From Chloroflexota bacterium (GTDB lineage: Bacteria; Chloroflexota; Anaerolineae; Anaerolineales; Anaerolineaceae), in NCBI GenBank assembly GCA_012798455.1, contig JAAZNC010000081.1:4752-68751 (forward strand): a stretch of DNA of 64,000 bases, read 5' to 3'. The notes below the pieces were generated by a model, which was not told the DNA's origin, searched no databases, and saw only the letters and a program-made list of their open reading frames with translations. Shown here piece by piece: positions 26,571 through 37,996 of the stretch. Every line of letters begins with the position of its first letter. The stretch's first letter is position 1. Both the position numbers and the translations under genes were made by a program.

Positions 26571-29003
26571 CTATGAGATGCGGGTGTATACCAATTTATA
26601 GATATTGAGAAATTCGATGATCTGCTTTAAATAGGTTCGGGTCTCATCATAACGAACCACTTCCACGAACAAATCAGGGTCACCATTCGAAAGTACCTTC
26701 CATTCGTAAGCATTACCCGGTCCGCCATTATAAGCTGCCAGGGCTGCCAATATATCGCCACCCAAGTAGTCCAGTTGTTGGCGCAGATATCGAGCTCCCA
26801 GCGTGATACCGACCTTAGCCAGTAGCAGATCCTGGGTGGTGTAGTTGCTGGGCCAACCGTAACGATCTACAATATCTTTTCCGGTGCTCGGTATGATCTG
26901 GGCGATACCCTGTGCACCTGCGGCGGATGAAGCAAAAGGCTCGAACAGGCTCTCTTGCCTCAATAATGAGAAAAGGATCAACGGATGGATGCCTTGGTCA
27001 TTGGCAGCGCTCACTACCAGGTTGCGGAAGTAGGCTCCAAAGCGGATATGTGTGAAATAGATGGGAGCACTCAAAGAAGAGAGGTCATCCATGCCCGCCA
27101 TCGTGAGTATATCTCGGCAAGCTAAAATGGCTGGTTTGTAGAAACCCAATCCGTACAAGTAATTCATTAACAAATAGGAGTTGATGGGATTACCGGTTTG
27201 CTCCACACGTATGGCTTCAAATTCGCTGCTAGCCAGTTCGTATAGTCCCAGTTCCCAATATTGTGTTCCACGCAAGATCTTACTATCGTTGCTCATATCT
27301 CCCAAGCCTGTTAAGCTAGTTTCAGTTGAAATATTGAAGGTGGTGCGCATCCAGTTTTCAGCTTCAACCCGTTCGGCGTCCAGGTCATAACCCATTTCAT
27401 AAACAGCATCGATGTCTGTGCTGTATTTGCCATTCAACAAATCTCCTGCACGAATACCGTAATAATCCGTGGGGTCGCTTGCCTCAGCCTGCTGCCAGGC
27501 ATTGCGTGCTTCATCTTGTTTGCCCATTTGCTGGTAGGTTTTACCTAACCAGAGATAGGAACTGGCTTTTTCATCTGAGACTGCCGATAGACCCAGACAG
27601 CGTTGGAAGGTGTTCAAAGCATCTTCATAACGACCCAGGCGATAGTAGCTGATGCCTGTCAGGAACAGCGCGTGATAACTGTATTCATAGGTGGGATATT
27701 CGTTGATCATGCGTGCCCATATCTGGGCAGCCTGTTCCAGTTCATCATTGTATTCCAGCGTTCTGCCAGCCAGATATAAGAAGTAAGGCGCATAGCTTGA
27801 TTGGGGTGCTTGTTCAACAAAATCCAGACGGGTCTGAACAGAAGACTGGTAATCGCTGATATCGGCATATGCGTCCCCTGGGGTATTCCAATAGACAAAA
27901 GCGATTTCTTCCCAGGCGGCGTCCCAAAACCGATTATCCGGGTAATTATCGATCAGCGTTTGATAATCCTGAATGGCGAGCAGGTAATCACCATTGTAGT
28001 AATAGCTCAATCCACGGAAATAGTAAACCGAACCGTCATTGACCGGATCGCTATCAAGATAACGATTGAAAGCCTGGATGGCATAATAATATGACCCAGC
28101 ATAATAATCCACCAACCCGCGCATGTATTCGTCTACCGGGTAATTGGCATTCACCAGGATGGACAAACTGGTGAAACTATCATATGCCATGGGATATTTC
28201 AGAACGGCGTCCAGAAATTGGGTGTAAGCTTGATCGGTCAATCCCAGTTCCAAATAAGCTTGTCCTGCCAGCAGGTCGGCAGTAGCACGCTGGTAATCAT
28301 TGCTGGCTGTGTTATACGCAGACAGGTAGTATTGGATAGCAGTGGTGTAATCTTGCAGGGCGGCATATTCTTTACCAATCTTGAGATTGACTTCGGTGCT
28401 ACCCGCTGCGGGTTCTGCTTGCACCGATTTTTGTAATGCGTAGATCGCACCATAATGATCTCCTGCATTGGAAGATGCTGCAGCCTGTAGCAGTAGCACA
28501 TGCGTATCGATGATCCCTGGTTTGAGTGCCAGGAATTGCGCATAGGAATTAGCAGCTTGTTGGTAATCTTCTTGAATGGAGTAACATTCCCCTAATAGAT
28601 AATAAGCATTTGCTACCATTGCAGTATTCGCAAATTGACCCAGAATGTGTGTTAAAGCGTCGATGGCAGAGGGATAATCTCTCTGTTTCATATATACCCG
28701 CCCCATCCCATATAAAGCCAGTGCCTTCTCCTCATCATCGGTGCTTTGTTGAAAAGCGGAGTTATATTCTAGCAATGCGTTTTCAAGATCACCTGCAAAT
28801 AGATAGGCATCGGCTATATCTAATCTGATTTCCGGCGTACTGGTGGGTGTGTTAGTCGGAGCTGCTTCTAAAATAACGGGGGACTCATCAATCGCTGCAT
28901 TTTCGTCTGAGGTCGTTGTGCTTTTACCTAGCTTGGATACCAGAGAACAGCCTGTATTGAAAAGAATGGCTGCCATCATTAGAAATGTTATTGCTTTTTT
29001 CAT
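26571..29003 (-). CDS. TPR-repeat lipoprotein with C-terminal lytic transglycosylase (SLT) domain
   Basis: Lipobox (NTGC) after the ATG at 29003, a long run of TPR-like repeats, and a C-terminal ESLFEP ... GAQGIAQIIPSTG ... AAYNGGPGN domain. Confidence 0.8.
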   Translation of the reverse strand: MKKAITFLMMAAILFNTGCSLVSKLGKSTTTSDENAAIDESPVILEAAPTNTPTSTPEIRLDIADAYLFAGDLENALLEYNSAFQQSTDDEEKALALYGMGRVYMKQRDYPSAIDALTHILGQFANTAMVANAYYLLGECYSIQEDYQQAANSYAQFLALKPGIIDTHVLLLQAAASSNAGDHYGAIYALQKSVQAEPAAGSTEVNLKIGKEYAALQDYTTAIQYYLSAYNTASNDYQRATADLLAGQAYLELGLTDQAYTQFLDAVLKYPMAYDSFTSLSILVNANYPVDEYMRGLVDYYAGSYYYAIQAFNRYLDSDPVNDGSVYYFRGLSYYYNGDYLLAIQDYQTLIDNYPDNRFWDAAWEEIAFVYWNTPGDAYADISDYQSSVQTRLDFVEQAPQSSYAPYFLYLAGRTLEYNDELEQAAQIWARMINEYPTYEYSYHALFLTGISYYRLGRYEDALNTFQRCLGLSAVSDEKASSYLWLGKTYQQMGKQDEARNAWQQAEASDPTDYYGIRAGDLLNGKYSTDIDAVYEMGYDLDAERVEAENWMRTTFNISTETSLTGLGDMSNDSKILRGTQYWELGLYELASSEFEAIRVEQTGNPINSYLLMNYLYGLGFYKPAILACRDILTMAGMDDLSSLSAPIYFTHIRFGAYFRNLVVSAANDQGIHPLILFSLLRQESLFEPFASSAAGAQGIAQIIPSTGKDIVDRYGWPSNYTTQDLLLAKVGITLGARYLRQQLDYLGGDILAALAAYNGGPGNAYEWKVLSNGDPDLFVEVVRYDETRTYLKQIIEFLNIYKLVYTRIS

Positions 29004-29038
29004 GTACCTGTTCCTTATATCTGCGGTTGATACGTGCT

Positions 29039-29067
29039 TTGACAAACCTTTCATTACATGCTAAACT
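29039..29067 (+). promoter_or_regulatory. candidate promoter of the mtnA-kinase-ahcY operon
   Basis: TTGACA (29039-29044), a 17 nt spacer, then TAAACT (29062-29067). Confidence 0.4.
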
Positions 29068-29086
29068 TTGACAGGATAAATCTTTG

Positions 29087-29111
29087 GCGCTCTCCATGGA
29101 GGGCGCTTTTT
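29087..29111 (+). other. terminator-like hairpin plus T5 inside the short mtnA leader
   Basis: GCGCTCTC / GAGGGCGC 8-bp stem with a 4-nt loop, then TTTTT, ending 13 nt before the mtnA ATG. Confidence 0.4.
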
Positions 29112-29123
29112 AGTGAGCTCTTC

Positions 29124-30173
29124 ATGAGAACTATTGAATGGGATGAACAAAACCACAATCTCCGCATTGTCGATCAGAGACAACTTCCTGAAAAATTCGA
29201 ATACATAATTATCAATAATTATAAGGCAATTGCCGATGCCATCAGCAGTATGGCAGTGCGTGGTGCGCCTGCCATTGGGGTCACTGCTGCCTATGGCATG
29301 GTGCTGGCTGCCCTGCATTGTCAGGCAAATGACAAAGAGGATTTCATGCGGGAGATGCAGCAAGCTGCGCAAGAATTAGAAGCTGCCAGACCAACTGCGG
29401 TAAATTTACCATGGGCATTGAAGCGTATGTTATCTGTTATCAACATGGAAGCTTCCATATCTGAAAACCAGCAAGCACTGCTGGGCGCAGCCAACACCAT
29501 GGCGGAAGAAGATGTGCTGGTGAACAAGACCATTTCGAGTTTTGGGGCTGCTCTGATCAATGATGGTGATACGCTCATCCATCATTGCAATACCGGAGCG
29601 CTTGCCACCGTTGATTGGGGCACTGCGCTGGGTTGTATCCGTTTCGCTTTTGAACAGGGCAAGCGCATTCATGTGCTGGTGGATGAAACGCGCCCCCGCC
29701 TGCAGGGTGCTCGCTTGACTGCTTGGGAATTGCAGCATCTGGGCATCCCCTTTGATATCATCAGCGACAATGCTGCGGGTTACTTTTTGAGTACCGGGCA
29801 GGTCAACAAGGTCTTCTTTGGTGCTGATCGGGTGGCATCCAATGGCGACGTTGCCAATAAGATCGGTTCCTATATGCTGGCGTTGGCTGCCAAGGATAAT
29901 GATGTTCCGGTCTACAGTGTTTTTCCCACTTCCACCGTGGATCTTTCCATTGATGCCGGAAAGCAGATCCCGATCGAAGAAAGAGAGCAAGATGAGGTCC
30001 TGGCGCTCACGTTGCAAGGGCAGCGGGTTACTCCTGAAGGTGCCAGCGCGCGCAATCCTGCTTTTGACGTCACACCGGCTCGCTTGATCTCAGCTTATAT
30101 CACGGAGTTGGGGATCATTGAACAACCGTTTGAAACACACTATCGTGAATTCCTTCACCAGAAGGATTCGTAA
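29124..30173 (+). CDS. mtnA: methylthioribose-1-phosphate isomerase family protein (MtnA / eIF2B-related; a ribose-1,5-bisphosphate isomerase role is not excluded)
   Basis: Carries VDQRQLP, VRGAPAIG, NTGALAT, ETRPRLQGARLTAWEL, GADRVASNGDVANKIG and NPAFDVTP. Confidence 0.8.
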   Translation: MRTIEWDEQNHNLRIVDQRQLPEKFEYIIINNYKAIADAISSMAVRGAPAIGVTAAYGMVLAALHCQANDKEDFMREMQQAAQELEAARPTAVNLPWALKRMLSVINMEASISENQQALLGAANTMAEEDVLVNKTISSFGAALINDGDTLIHHCNTGALATVDWGTALGCIRFAFEQGKRIHVLVDETRPRLQGARLTAWELQHLGIPFDIISDNAAGYFLSTGQVNKVFFGADRVASNGDVANKIGSYMLALAAKDNDVPVYSVFPTSTVDLSIDAGKQIPIEEREQDEVLALTLQGQRVTPEGASARNPAFDVTPARLISAYITELGIIEQPFETHYREFLHQKDS

Positions 30174-30184
30174 GGAGAAAGCCC

Positions 30185-32429
<2,245 letters not shown>

Positions 32430-32436
32430 AATGATC

Positions 32437-32465
32437 AAGCCCGCTTGAAAAAGCGGGCTTTTTTA
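32437..32465. terminator. bidirectional rho-independent terminator between convergent ahcY and the GGDEF gene
   Basis: AAGCCCGCTT-GAAA-AAGCGGGCTT perfect stem with a GNRA loop, followed by TTTT. It overlaps the stop codon of the minus-strand gene. Confidence 0.8.
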
Positions 32466-33365
32466 TCCAAAAGTGATGCTGTTCCGTCCTTTGGATTTGC
32501 TCTCATATAACAATTGATCAACTCGTTCTAGCAGGATCTTGCTGGTATCATTCTCCTGTACTGTTGTCATGCCCCCTGAGATGGTGACCCCGATCTTTGT
32601 ATTGTTCAGTACTACTTTGGAGGAGGTCACCAGCAGTCGTAATTTTTCCGCAATGTTCATAAGCTGTAGTGAATTGCTATTGTAAATGACCAGCAAGAAT
32701 TCTTCTCCTCCCCAACGACCCAAAAAATCGGTTGAGCGCAGCGCATGGCGCATGGTCTGAGCCACAGAAGATAACACTTGGTCACCCACCTCATGACCAT
32801 ATGTATCATTGATCAATTTGAAATGGTCGATATCGATAAACAACACCCCGGTTTTGTGATGGCAGGTGTGTGTTTCCTTCAATATCGCTTTAATACAGGC
32901 ATTGGTCGAGCGCCGGCTGCTGACTCCGGTTAATTTATCGAATTCGAGTTCCTTGGAGAGGGATTGCATGCGTTTGCGGGTGAGAAACATATCTTTATTG
33001 TCGGTAAATGTCTCCACAGCTCCGATGATCTTGCCCTGATCATCCAATATTGGTGAGGTATGGATGATCACCGGGACGCGATATCCATGCGCATGCTGTA
33101 AATACACTTCCATTTTCCGCATCTGACCATCTTGCAATGTTGCTGTCAATGGGCAGCCCGTCTGGCACAATTGCACCCCTTCCTCATTTATGTGACACAT
33201 ACCATTATTAAAACAATAATTACCCACAACATGCGTTTGGCAATAACCAGAAATACGTTCAGCGCTCTTGTTCCAGTAGGTGATTCTTCGTTCAGTATCT
33301 ACGTAAAAAACTCCTTCGAATAGGTTATCTACTAGATTCTTATAGAAGTGATCATGATATTCCAT
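32463..33365 (-). CDS. PAS-domain diguanylate cyclase (GGDEF)
   Basis: N-terminal PAS (ITYWNKSAERISGY), the GGEEF active site and an RSTD I-site five residues upstream. Confidence 0.85.
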   Translation of the reverse strand: MEYHDHFYKNLVDNLFEGVFYVDTERRITYWNKSAERISGYCQTHVVGNYCFNNGMCHINEEGVQLCQTGCPLTATLQDGQMRKMEVYLQHAHGYRVPVIIHTSPILDDQGKIIGAVETFTDNKDMFLTRKRMQSLSKELEFDKLTGVSSRRSTNACIKAILKETHTCHHKTGVLFIDIDHFKLINDTYGHEVGDQVLSSVAQTMRHALRSTDFLGRWGGEEFLLVIYNSNSLQLMNIAEKLRLLVTSSKVVLNNTKIGVTISGGMTTVQENDTSKILLERVDQLLYESKSKGRNSITFG

Positions 33366-33368
33366 GGT

Positions 33369-34238
33369 TCAGTCCTGCATGATGATCGCCCGGTTGTTGA
33401 AGACAGCCCACCTCTCAAGAAATGTTTTGAGTTTGACGTTATATGTCCACTCACTATCTACCACTGTGACGGTTGCCAGATTATATCCGGTCACTATCCA
33501 GGTGTGTTCAAATGGAGCTACCGGAACAATGTTGCCGTTTGAAGCAGTATAACTGGATGGTTCGATCTCAAATGGCAGATTGACGATCCATACGATCACC
33601 GGTCTGTCGTTGGATATCTCCCGGCGCAGATCATCGAAGCTGAAATCCTTCACCGCCTTGGCATGCAGCCCGTATTCGCGCAATACGCTTGCCACGGGGG
33701 GAGGGTAAACCCCATAGCTGTTCGGGGGAAGCTGCCCCATGGCGCCGTTGATATCCCCTACGAAACCGCTTTCCGGGTCATCCGAAAGCGGGATTTTGTC
33801 GATGAACTCATTTTCGTCGATCAGCACGCCAAAGTACCTTGCCCAATCCACCGCAGAACGCATTTCGCAATCCAGTGTGGTTAGCTGCGGCATACCGTAG
33901 ATGCCATCGATATAATAGGATGCCGGGATTTCCACTGCGGTCGGAATAGCATTGAAAGTTGGAGCGGCGGTTGGGGCAGGTGAGACACTGTTTGTTGCGG
34001 CTGGTGCCGGGATGGTTGCGGATATTGGTTGGGTGGATTGTAGGTCGGGTTGGAAAGCAGTGGGAGAAATTGCGTGCGCTTGATAATCAGCCAGACTGAG
34101 GATGGTTTTATTCTCTGGTAATAGTGTTTTGATCTCAAACCAGCCCAGTATATTGGTACACAACAGAATACACGCTGTGCCGGCGAGGAGGATGACGATG
34201 ATTGCTAAACCACTTGGAATTCGGTTGCCTGTCTGCAT
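33369..34238 (-). CDS. membrane-anchored peptidase C39-like domain protein
   Basis: N-terminal TM segment, a Pro/Ala/Thr linker, and a C-terminal C39_2-like domain with candidate Cys (LDCEMRS) and His (FEHTWIV). Confidence 0.55.
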   Translation of the reverse strand: MQTGNRIPSGLAIIVILLAGTACILLCTNILGWFEIKTLLPENKTILSLADYQAHAISPTAFQPDLQSTQPISATIPAPAATNSVSPAPTAAPTFNAIPTAVEIPASYYIDGIYGMPQLTTLDCEMRSAVDWARYFGVLIDENEFIDKIPLSDDPESGFVGDINGAMGQLPPNSYGVYPPPVASVLREYGLHAKAVKDFSFDDLRREISNDRPVIVWIVNLPFEIEPSSYTASNGNIVPVAPFEHTWIVTGYNLATVTVVDSEWTYNVKLKTFLERWAVFNNRAIIMQD

Positions 34239-34289
34239 GATTGATTTGGATGGTTAAAATACGATGATCATGATCATTCGGGAACGGAC

Positions 34290-35363
34290 CTAGAGAGTGT
34301 CGTCTGCTCCCTGATCTTGCAGGTCTTCATCGTCATAACTGGGCAGCATGGCTCCCAGTGCCTTATCCCTCACCGACAGTTCGATTTCAGCGCACAGTTC
34401 CGGGTTTTGCTGCAAGAATTCTTTGGAATTCTCGCGCCCCTGCCCCAGGCGGGTATCGTTGTAAGAGTAGAAAGCCCCGCGCTTTGAGATGACCTCTAGC
34501 TCGGTGCCCAGATCGAGGATATCCCCGACCTTCGAAATGCCTTCATTGTACATGATGTCGAATTCGGCAGTGCGGAAGGGTGCGGCAACCTTGTTCTTGA
34601 CCACCCGCACGCGCACACGGTTGCCAATGATCTCCGCCTGGCGTTTGATGGATTGGATGCGCCGCACATCCAGCCGGACGGAGGCGTAGAACTTGAGCGC
34701 CAGCCCACCGGTGGTGGTTTCGGGATTGCCGAACATTACCCCGATCTTCTGGCGTAACTGATTGGTGAAGACCACTGCGGTGCGGGTCTGGTTGATGGCG
34801 CCGGAGAGCTTGCGCAGTGCCTGCGACATCAGGCGTGCCTGCATGCCCATGGTGGCATCTCCCATATCCCCTTCGATCTCGGAGCGGGGCACCAGAGCTG
34901 CCACCGAGTCCACGATCACCAGGTCCAGCGCGCCGGAGCGCACCAGCGTCTGCACGATCTCCAATGCCTGCTCGCCAAAATCAGGCTGCGAGATGAGCAG
35001 GTCATTCACGTTCACGCCCACCTTGGCGGCGTAAGCCGGGTCGAGGGCGTGTTCCATATCCACGAATGCCACCGTGCCGCCCATTTTTTGCGCTTCGGCT
35101 GCCAGGTGCAGACAGATGGTGGTCTTGCCGGAAGCTTCCGGTCCGTAGATCTCGCTCACCCTGCCGCGTGGGATGCCGCCCACCCCCAATGCGATATCCA
35201 GTGAAAGAGAGCCGGTTGGAATGCAAGCCACTTCCATGTGAGATGCTTCTCCCAGCCGCAGGATGGAACCATCCCCATAGCGTTTTTTGATATCATCCAG
35301 CGCTTTATCCAGCACGGCTTGTTTGGCTTGATCCACCTGGCTTCCATTGTCTTTTGTGGGCAT
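34290..35363 (-). CDS. recA: recombinase RecA
   Basis: Unmistakable RecA sequence (GPEASGKTT Walker [37 protein letters not shown]). Confidence 0.97.
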   Translation of the reverse strand: MPTKDNGSQVDQAKQAVLDKALDDIKKRYGDGSILRLGEASHMEVACIPTGSLSLDIALGVGGIPRGRVSEIYGPEASGKTTICLHLAAEAQKMGGTVAFVDMEHALDPAYAAKVGVNVNDLLISQPDFGEQALEIVQTLVRSGALDLVIVDSVAALVPRSEIEGDMGDATMGMQARLMSQALRKLSGAINQTRTAVVFTNQLRQKIGVMFGNPETTTGGLALKFYASVRLDVRRIQSIKRQAEIIGNRVRVRVVKNKVAAPFRTAEFDIMYNEGISKVGDILDLGTELEVISKRGAFYSYNDTRLGQGRENSKEFLQQNPELCAEIELSVRDKALGAMLPSYDDEDLQDQGADDTL

Positions 35364-35463
35364 TTTTCATCCTCCGTGGCAATATTTTGGTCAATATATG
35401 TATTATATATCCATCTGTTCAATTATAGCAAGGATGTTCTAAATATAGAAAAAGAATCAACTG

Positions 35464-35826
35464 TTAATACAGAATAATCACCGTGATCCCAGCATTCCCC
35501 CTGCCGAAATCAGGATCGACGGCTAATTGTGTATATTGATTGATATATGGCTGGGTTTCCTCGTATTTTCCAAAGCGCTCTCCCGCGATAAAACCTTTGA
35601 TCTTTCCGCTGCGGCTACGTGCTGCCAGATCCTGGCGCAGCCCCACGCGCAGTTTTCCGCCCACACCACTGGAGCCGTAGCCATGAATGATCTTGACTAC
35701 CCTGTGCTGGGTATGTTTGGATTCGTTGATGAACTGTGCCATGCTGCGGGTGGCATCTGCCAGCGATGGCATACCGCTTTCCAGATTTTTATAAGGGAGT
35801 TCTTTGAAAAATTGCTTCTTTGTCAT
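35464..35826 (-). CDS. Smr-domain protein
   Basis: VKIIHGYGSSGVGGKLR, typical of the Smr/MutS2 C-terminal nuclease domain. Confidence 0.7.
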   Translation of the reverse strand: MTKKQFFKELPYKNLESGMPSLADATRSMAQFINESKHTQHRVVKIIHGYGSSGVGGKLRVGLRQDLAARSRSGKIKGFIAGERFGKYEETQPYINQYTQLAVDPDFGRGNAGITVIILY

Positions 35827-35954
35827 GCCTGCTCATATAAAAAATTTCCACCCATCATAACAAATTTGGTGTATCTTTTCAACTTTATGAGCATTCTTTG
35901 ATAAATATTCTCCTTTCGCAACTTTTCTTTGAGAAGGATGTTATAAAGGGTGCT

Positions 35955-36548
35955 ATGGATGCGTTATTCTTTATTGGTATGTGTGTAGGTGCTTATCTGA
36001 TCGGTTCCATCCCGGTAGGTTATTTGGTCGCGAAGGCACGCGGGACCGATATTCGTTCGGTCGGTAGTGGTAATATCGGCAGCACCAATGTCACCCGCGC
36101 ATTAGGCATCAAATGGGGTGCACTGGTGGCGTTGTTCGATTTCATGAAGAGTTATTTACCAGCATTATTGGCTCATCATTTCTATCCGGCTGAGCGGAAG
36201 TTGCTGGTTATCTCTCTGATGCCGATCGTCGGTCATATCTTCTCTATTTTCCTGGGGTTCAAAGGTGGAAAAGGGGTGGCTGCCACCTTCGGGCTGCTGG
36301 CTTTTTATTTCGGGTTTCCTTTGTATGCCCTGTTCGTGATCGTCTGGTATCTGGCGGTGAAATTCACCAAACTGATGAGCCTCGTCAATCTGATCGTTGG
36401 GTTGTTGCTGCCGCTGGCTTTCTGGATTAAATATCAAACAGCACGATATGTACTGTTTGGATTGGTGGTTTGTGCGCTTATCTGGTGGAGCCATCGTGCC
36501 AATATCAAACGCTTACTGGCAGGTCAGGAATTGCCCACCCATTATTAG
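35955..36548 (+). CDS. plsY: glycerol-3-phosphate acyltransferase PlsY
   Basis: YLIGSIP, GSGNIGSTNVTRALG and GHIFSIFLGFKGGKGVA. The start was moved to the ATG at 35955. Confidence 0.9.
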   Translation: MDALFFIGMCVGAYLIGSIPVGYLVAKARGTDIRSVGSGNIGSTNVTRALGIKWGALVALFDFMKSYLPALLAHHFYPAERKLLVISLMPIVGHIFSIFLGFKGGKGVAATFGLLAFYFGFPLYALFVIVWYLAVKFTKLMSLVNLIVGLLLPLAFWIKYQTARYVLFGLVVCALIWWSHRANIKRLLAGQELPTHY

Positions 36549-36557
36549 AAAAATTTT

Positions 36558-37886
36558 CTAAGCAGGATAGAAAGCGATCCTTTCACCTGGTAAACGTTTG
36601 CTCAAACGCCCCCAGCGGCTCTGCACTTCCTGTTGGATGCGGGCTTTATCGAGGGTTAGCAATTTGCGACCCTGCATCAACACTTTGCCGTTGCACAGCA
36701 CCGTGTCCACGTCGCTTGCTCTGGCGCAGTAGATCAGGGCTGCTAATTGATTGGTCTTGGGGGTGACGTGCAATCCATCTTGGCGCAGGAGCGTGATATC
36801 CGCCAGCATGCCCGCTTTCAACTCTCCGATCTGGTCGGGCATGTGCATCACTTTGGCACTGCCGCGGAAAGTGATATCCAGAACCTCAGCGATCTTCATG
36901 ACGGTGGCATCCAGATGCTTGAACTTTGTGAAGAGGGAGATCAAGCGCATTTGTTCCATGATGTCCATGACATTGTTGCTGACCGCTCCGTCGGTTGCCA
37001 GACCAAAAGGAATGCCGTATTCTTTGAATTTCTCGATGGGCGCCAACCCCATGCCGTGTTTCATGTAGGTGCGTGGAGCCTGGGCAATGCCGGTATCCGC
37101 TTTTTGCAGGATCTCGAAATCATTGCCACGCGGTGCGATCACATGCGCCAGAATGGTGGGCACATCCAGCACGCCACATTCGTAGACCTGCCTGACGGGG
37201 GTCACCCCGAATTCTTTCAGACTCAGATCGGTTTGTGCTTCTGTTTCAGCCAAATGGATATGGATGCCCAGGTTGTTCTTTTTGGCTTTTTCCGCGCAAA
37301 GTTTCAGAAATTCCGGGCTGGTGGTGTAGGGAGCGTGCGGTCCCAACCAGGTGGTGATGCGCCCGTCTGCTTTGCCCTGCCAGCGCTGGGTGAATTCCAC
37401 GGTCTTGTCGAGCATTTCTTCCCCTTGATGTCCGAACACCGCCCACACCAGGTTGGCGCGGGTGCCGGCTTGTTCTACGGCTTTGGCAACCTCATCCATG
37501 TAAAAATAATGATCTGCCACACACGTAATGCCGTTTTCGATCATCTCTGCCAACCCGAGTTGGGCGCCCCAATACACATCTTCTTCGGTCAGGTTCGATT
37601 CCATCGGCCAGATGTAATCATTGAACCATTCTTCCACGGTGACATCTTCTGCCAGATTACGAAACAATACCATCGGTACATGCGCATGCGTGTTGATGAA
37701 TCCCGGCACTGCCAGCAGCCCACTTACATCCATGACTTGCTTGTACTCATTTTCCTGGAGGATTCCATGTTTGCTGATGGAGGCGATGGCATTGTCCTGG
37801 ATGGCAATATCCTGGTTCCATTCCACATGTGCTTTGCTACCCTCAAAGCTTAATACATCGCAATTTTTAAGAAGAATATCGGTCAT
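36558..37886 (-). CDS. mtaD: amidohydrolase, 5'-methylthioadenosine/S-adenosylhomocysteine deaminase-like (MtaD)
   Basis: FINTHAHVPM, IHIHLAETE, LAHVI and GLATDG metal-site motifs of the MtaD/guanine-deaminase group. Confidence 0.78.
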   Translation of the reverse strand: MTDILLKNCDVLSFEGSKAHVEWNQDIAIQDNAIASISKHGILQENEYKQVMDVSGLLAVPGFINTHAHVPMVLFRNLAEDVTVEEWFNDYIWPMESNLTEEDVYWGAQLGLAEMIENGITCVADHYFYMDEVAKAVEQAGTRANLVWAVFGHQGEEMLDKTVEFTQRWQGKADGRITTWLGPHAPYTTSPEFLKLCAEKAKKNNLGIHIHLAETEAQTDLSLKEFGVTPVRQVYECGVLDVPTILAHVIAPRGNDFEILQKADTGIAQAPRTYMKHGMGLAPIEKFKEYGIPFGLATDGAVSNNVMDIMEQMRLISLFTKFKHLDATVMKIAEVLDITFRGSAKVMHMPDQIGELKAGMLADITLLRQDGLHVTPKTNQLAALIYCARASDVDTVLCNGKVLMQGRKLLTLDKARIQQEVQSRWGRLSKRLPGERIAFYPA

Positions 37887-37996
37887 GGGTTTTTACCTCT
37901 TTCTGAATGCATCAATAACAATATGGTGTATCCAGTATGATATACCCAAAAATTCGCGGAAGCAACAAATTTGGCAAGAGGTGAACTGTGATTACT

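Noticed and set aside
29058-29123. N-terminal extensions in the ORF track that begin at TTG/GTG or at upstream ATG codons. Examples are 29058, 53760, 59436, 62303, 63345, 39202, 40399, 43493, 35898, 48318, 29054 and 1923.
   Set aside because: In each case an internal ATG (TTG for the EIIA at 50513) has a Shine-Dalgarno sequence at proper spacing and matches the N-terminus expected from the protein family or from a signal peptide. The extensions add unconserved residues.
35437-35450. Inverted repeat TTCTA-AATA-TAGAA about 75-85 nt upstream of recA, considered as a possible SOS (LexA) box
   Set aside because: It does not match the GAAC-N4-GTTC (Cheo) or other LexA consensus sequences I know. 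It lies in AT-rich DNA, where such short palindromes arise by chance.
36747-37853. 368-aa plus-strand ORF covering most of the mtaD locus
   Set aside because: It lies antisense to a gene with clear amidohydrolase motifs. Its translation is His/Phe/Gly-rich low-information sequence with no recognisable family and no RBS. This is a typical shadow ORF.
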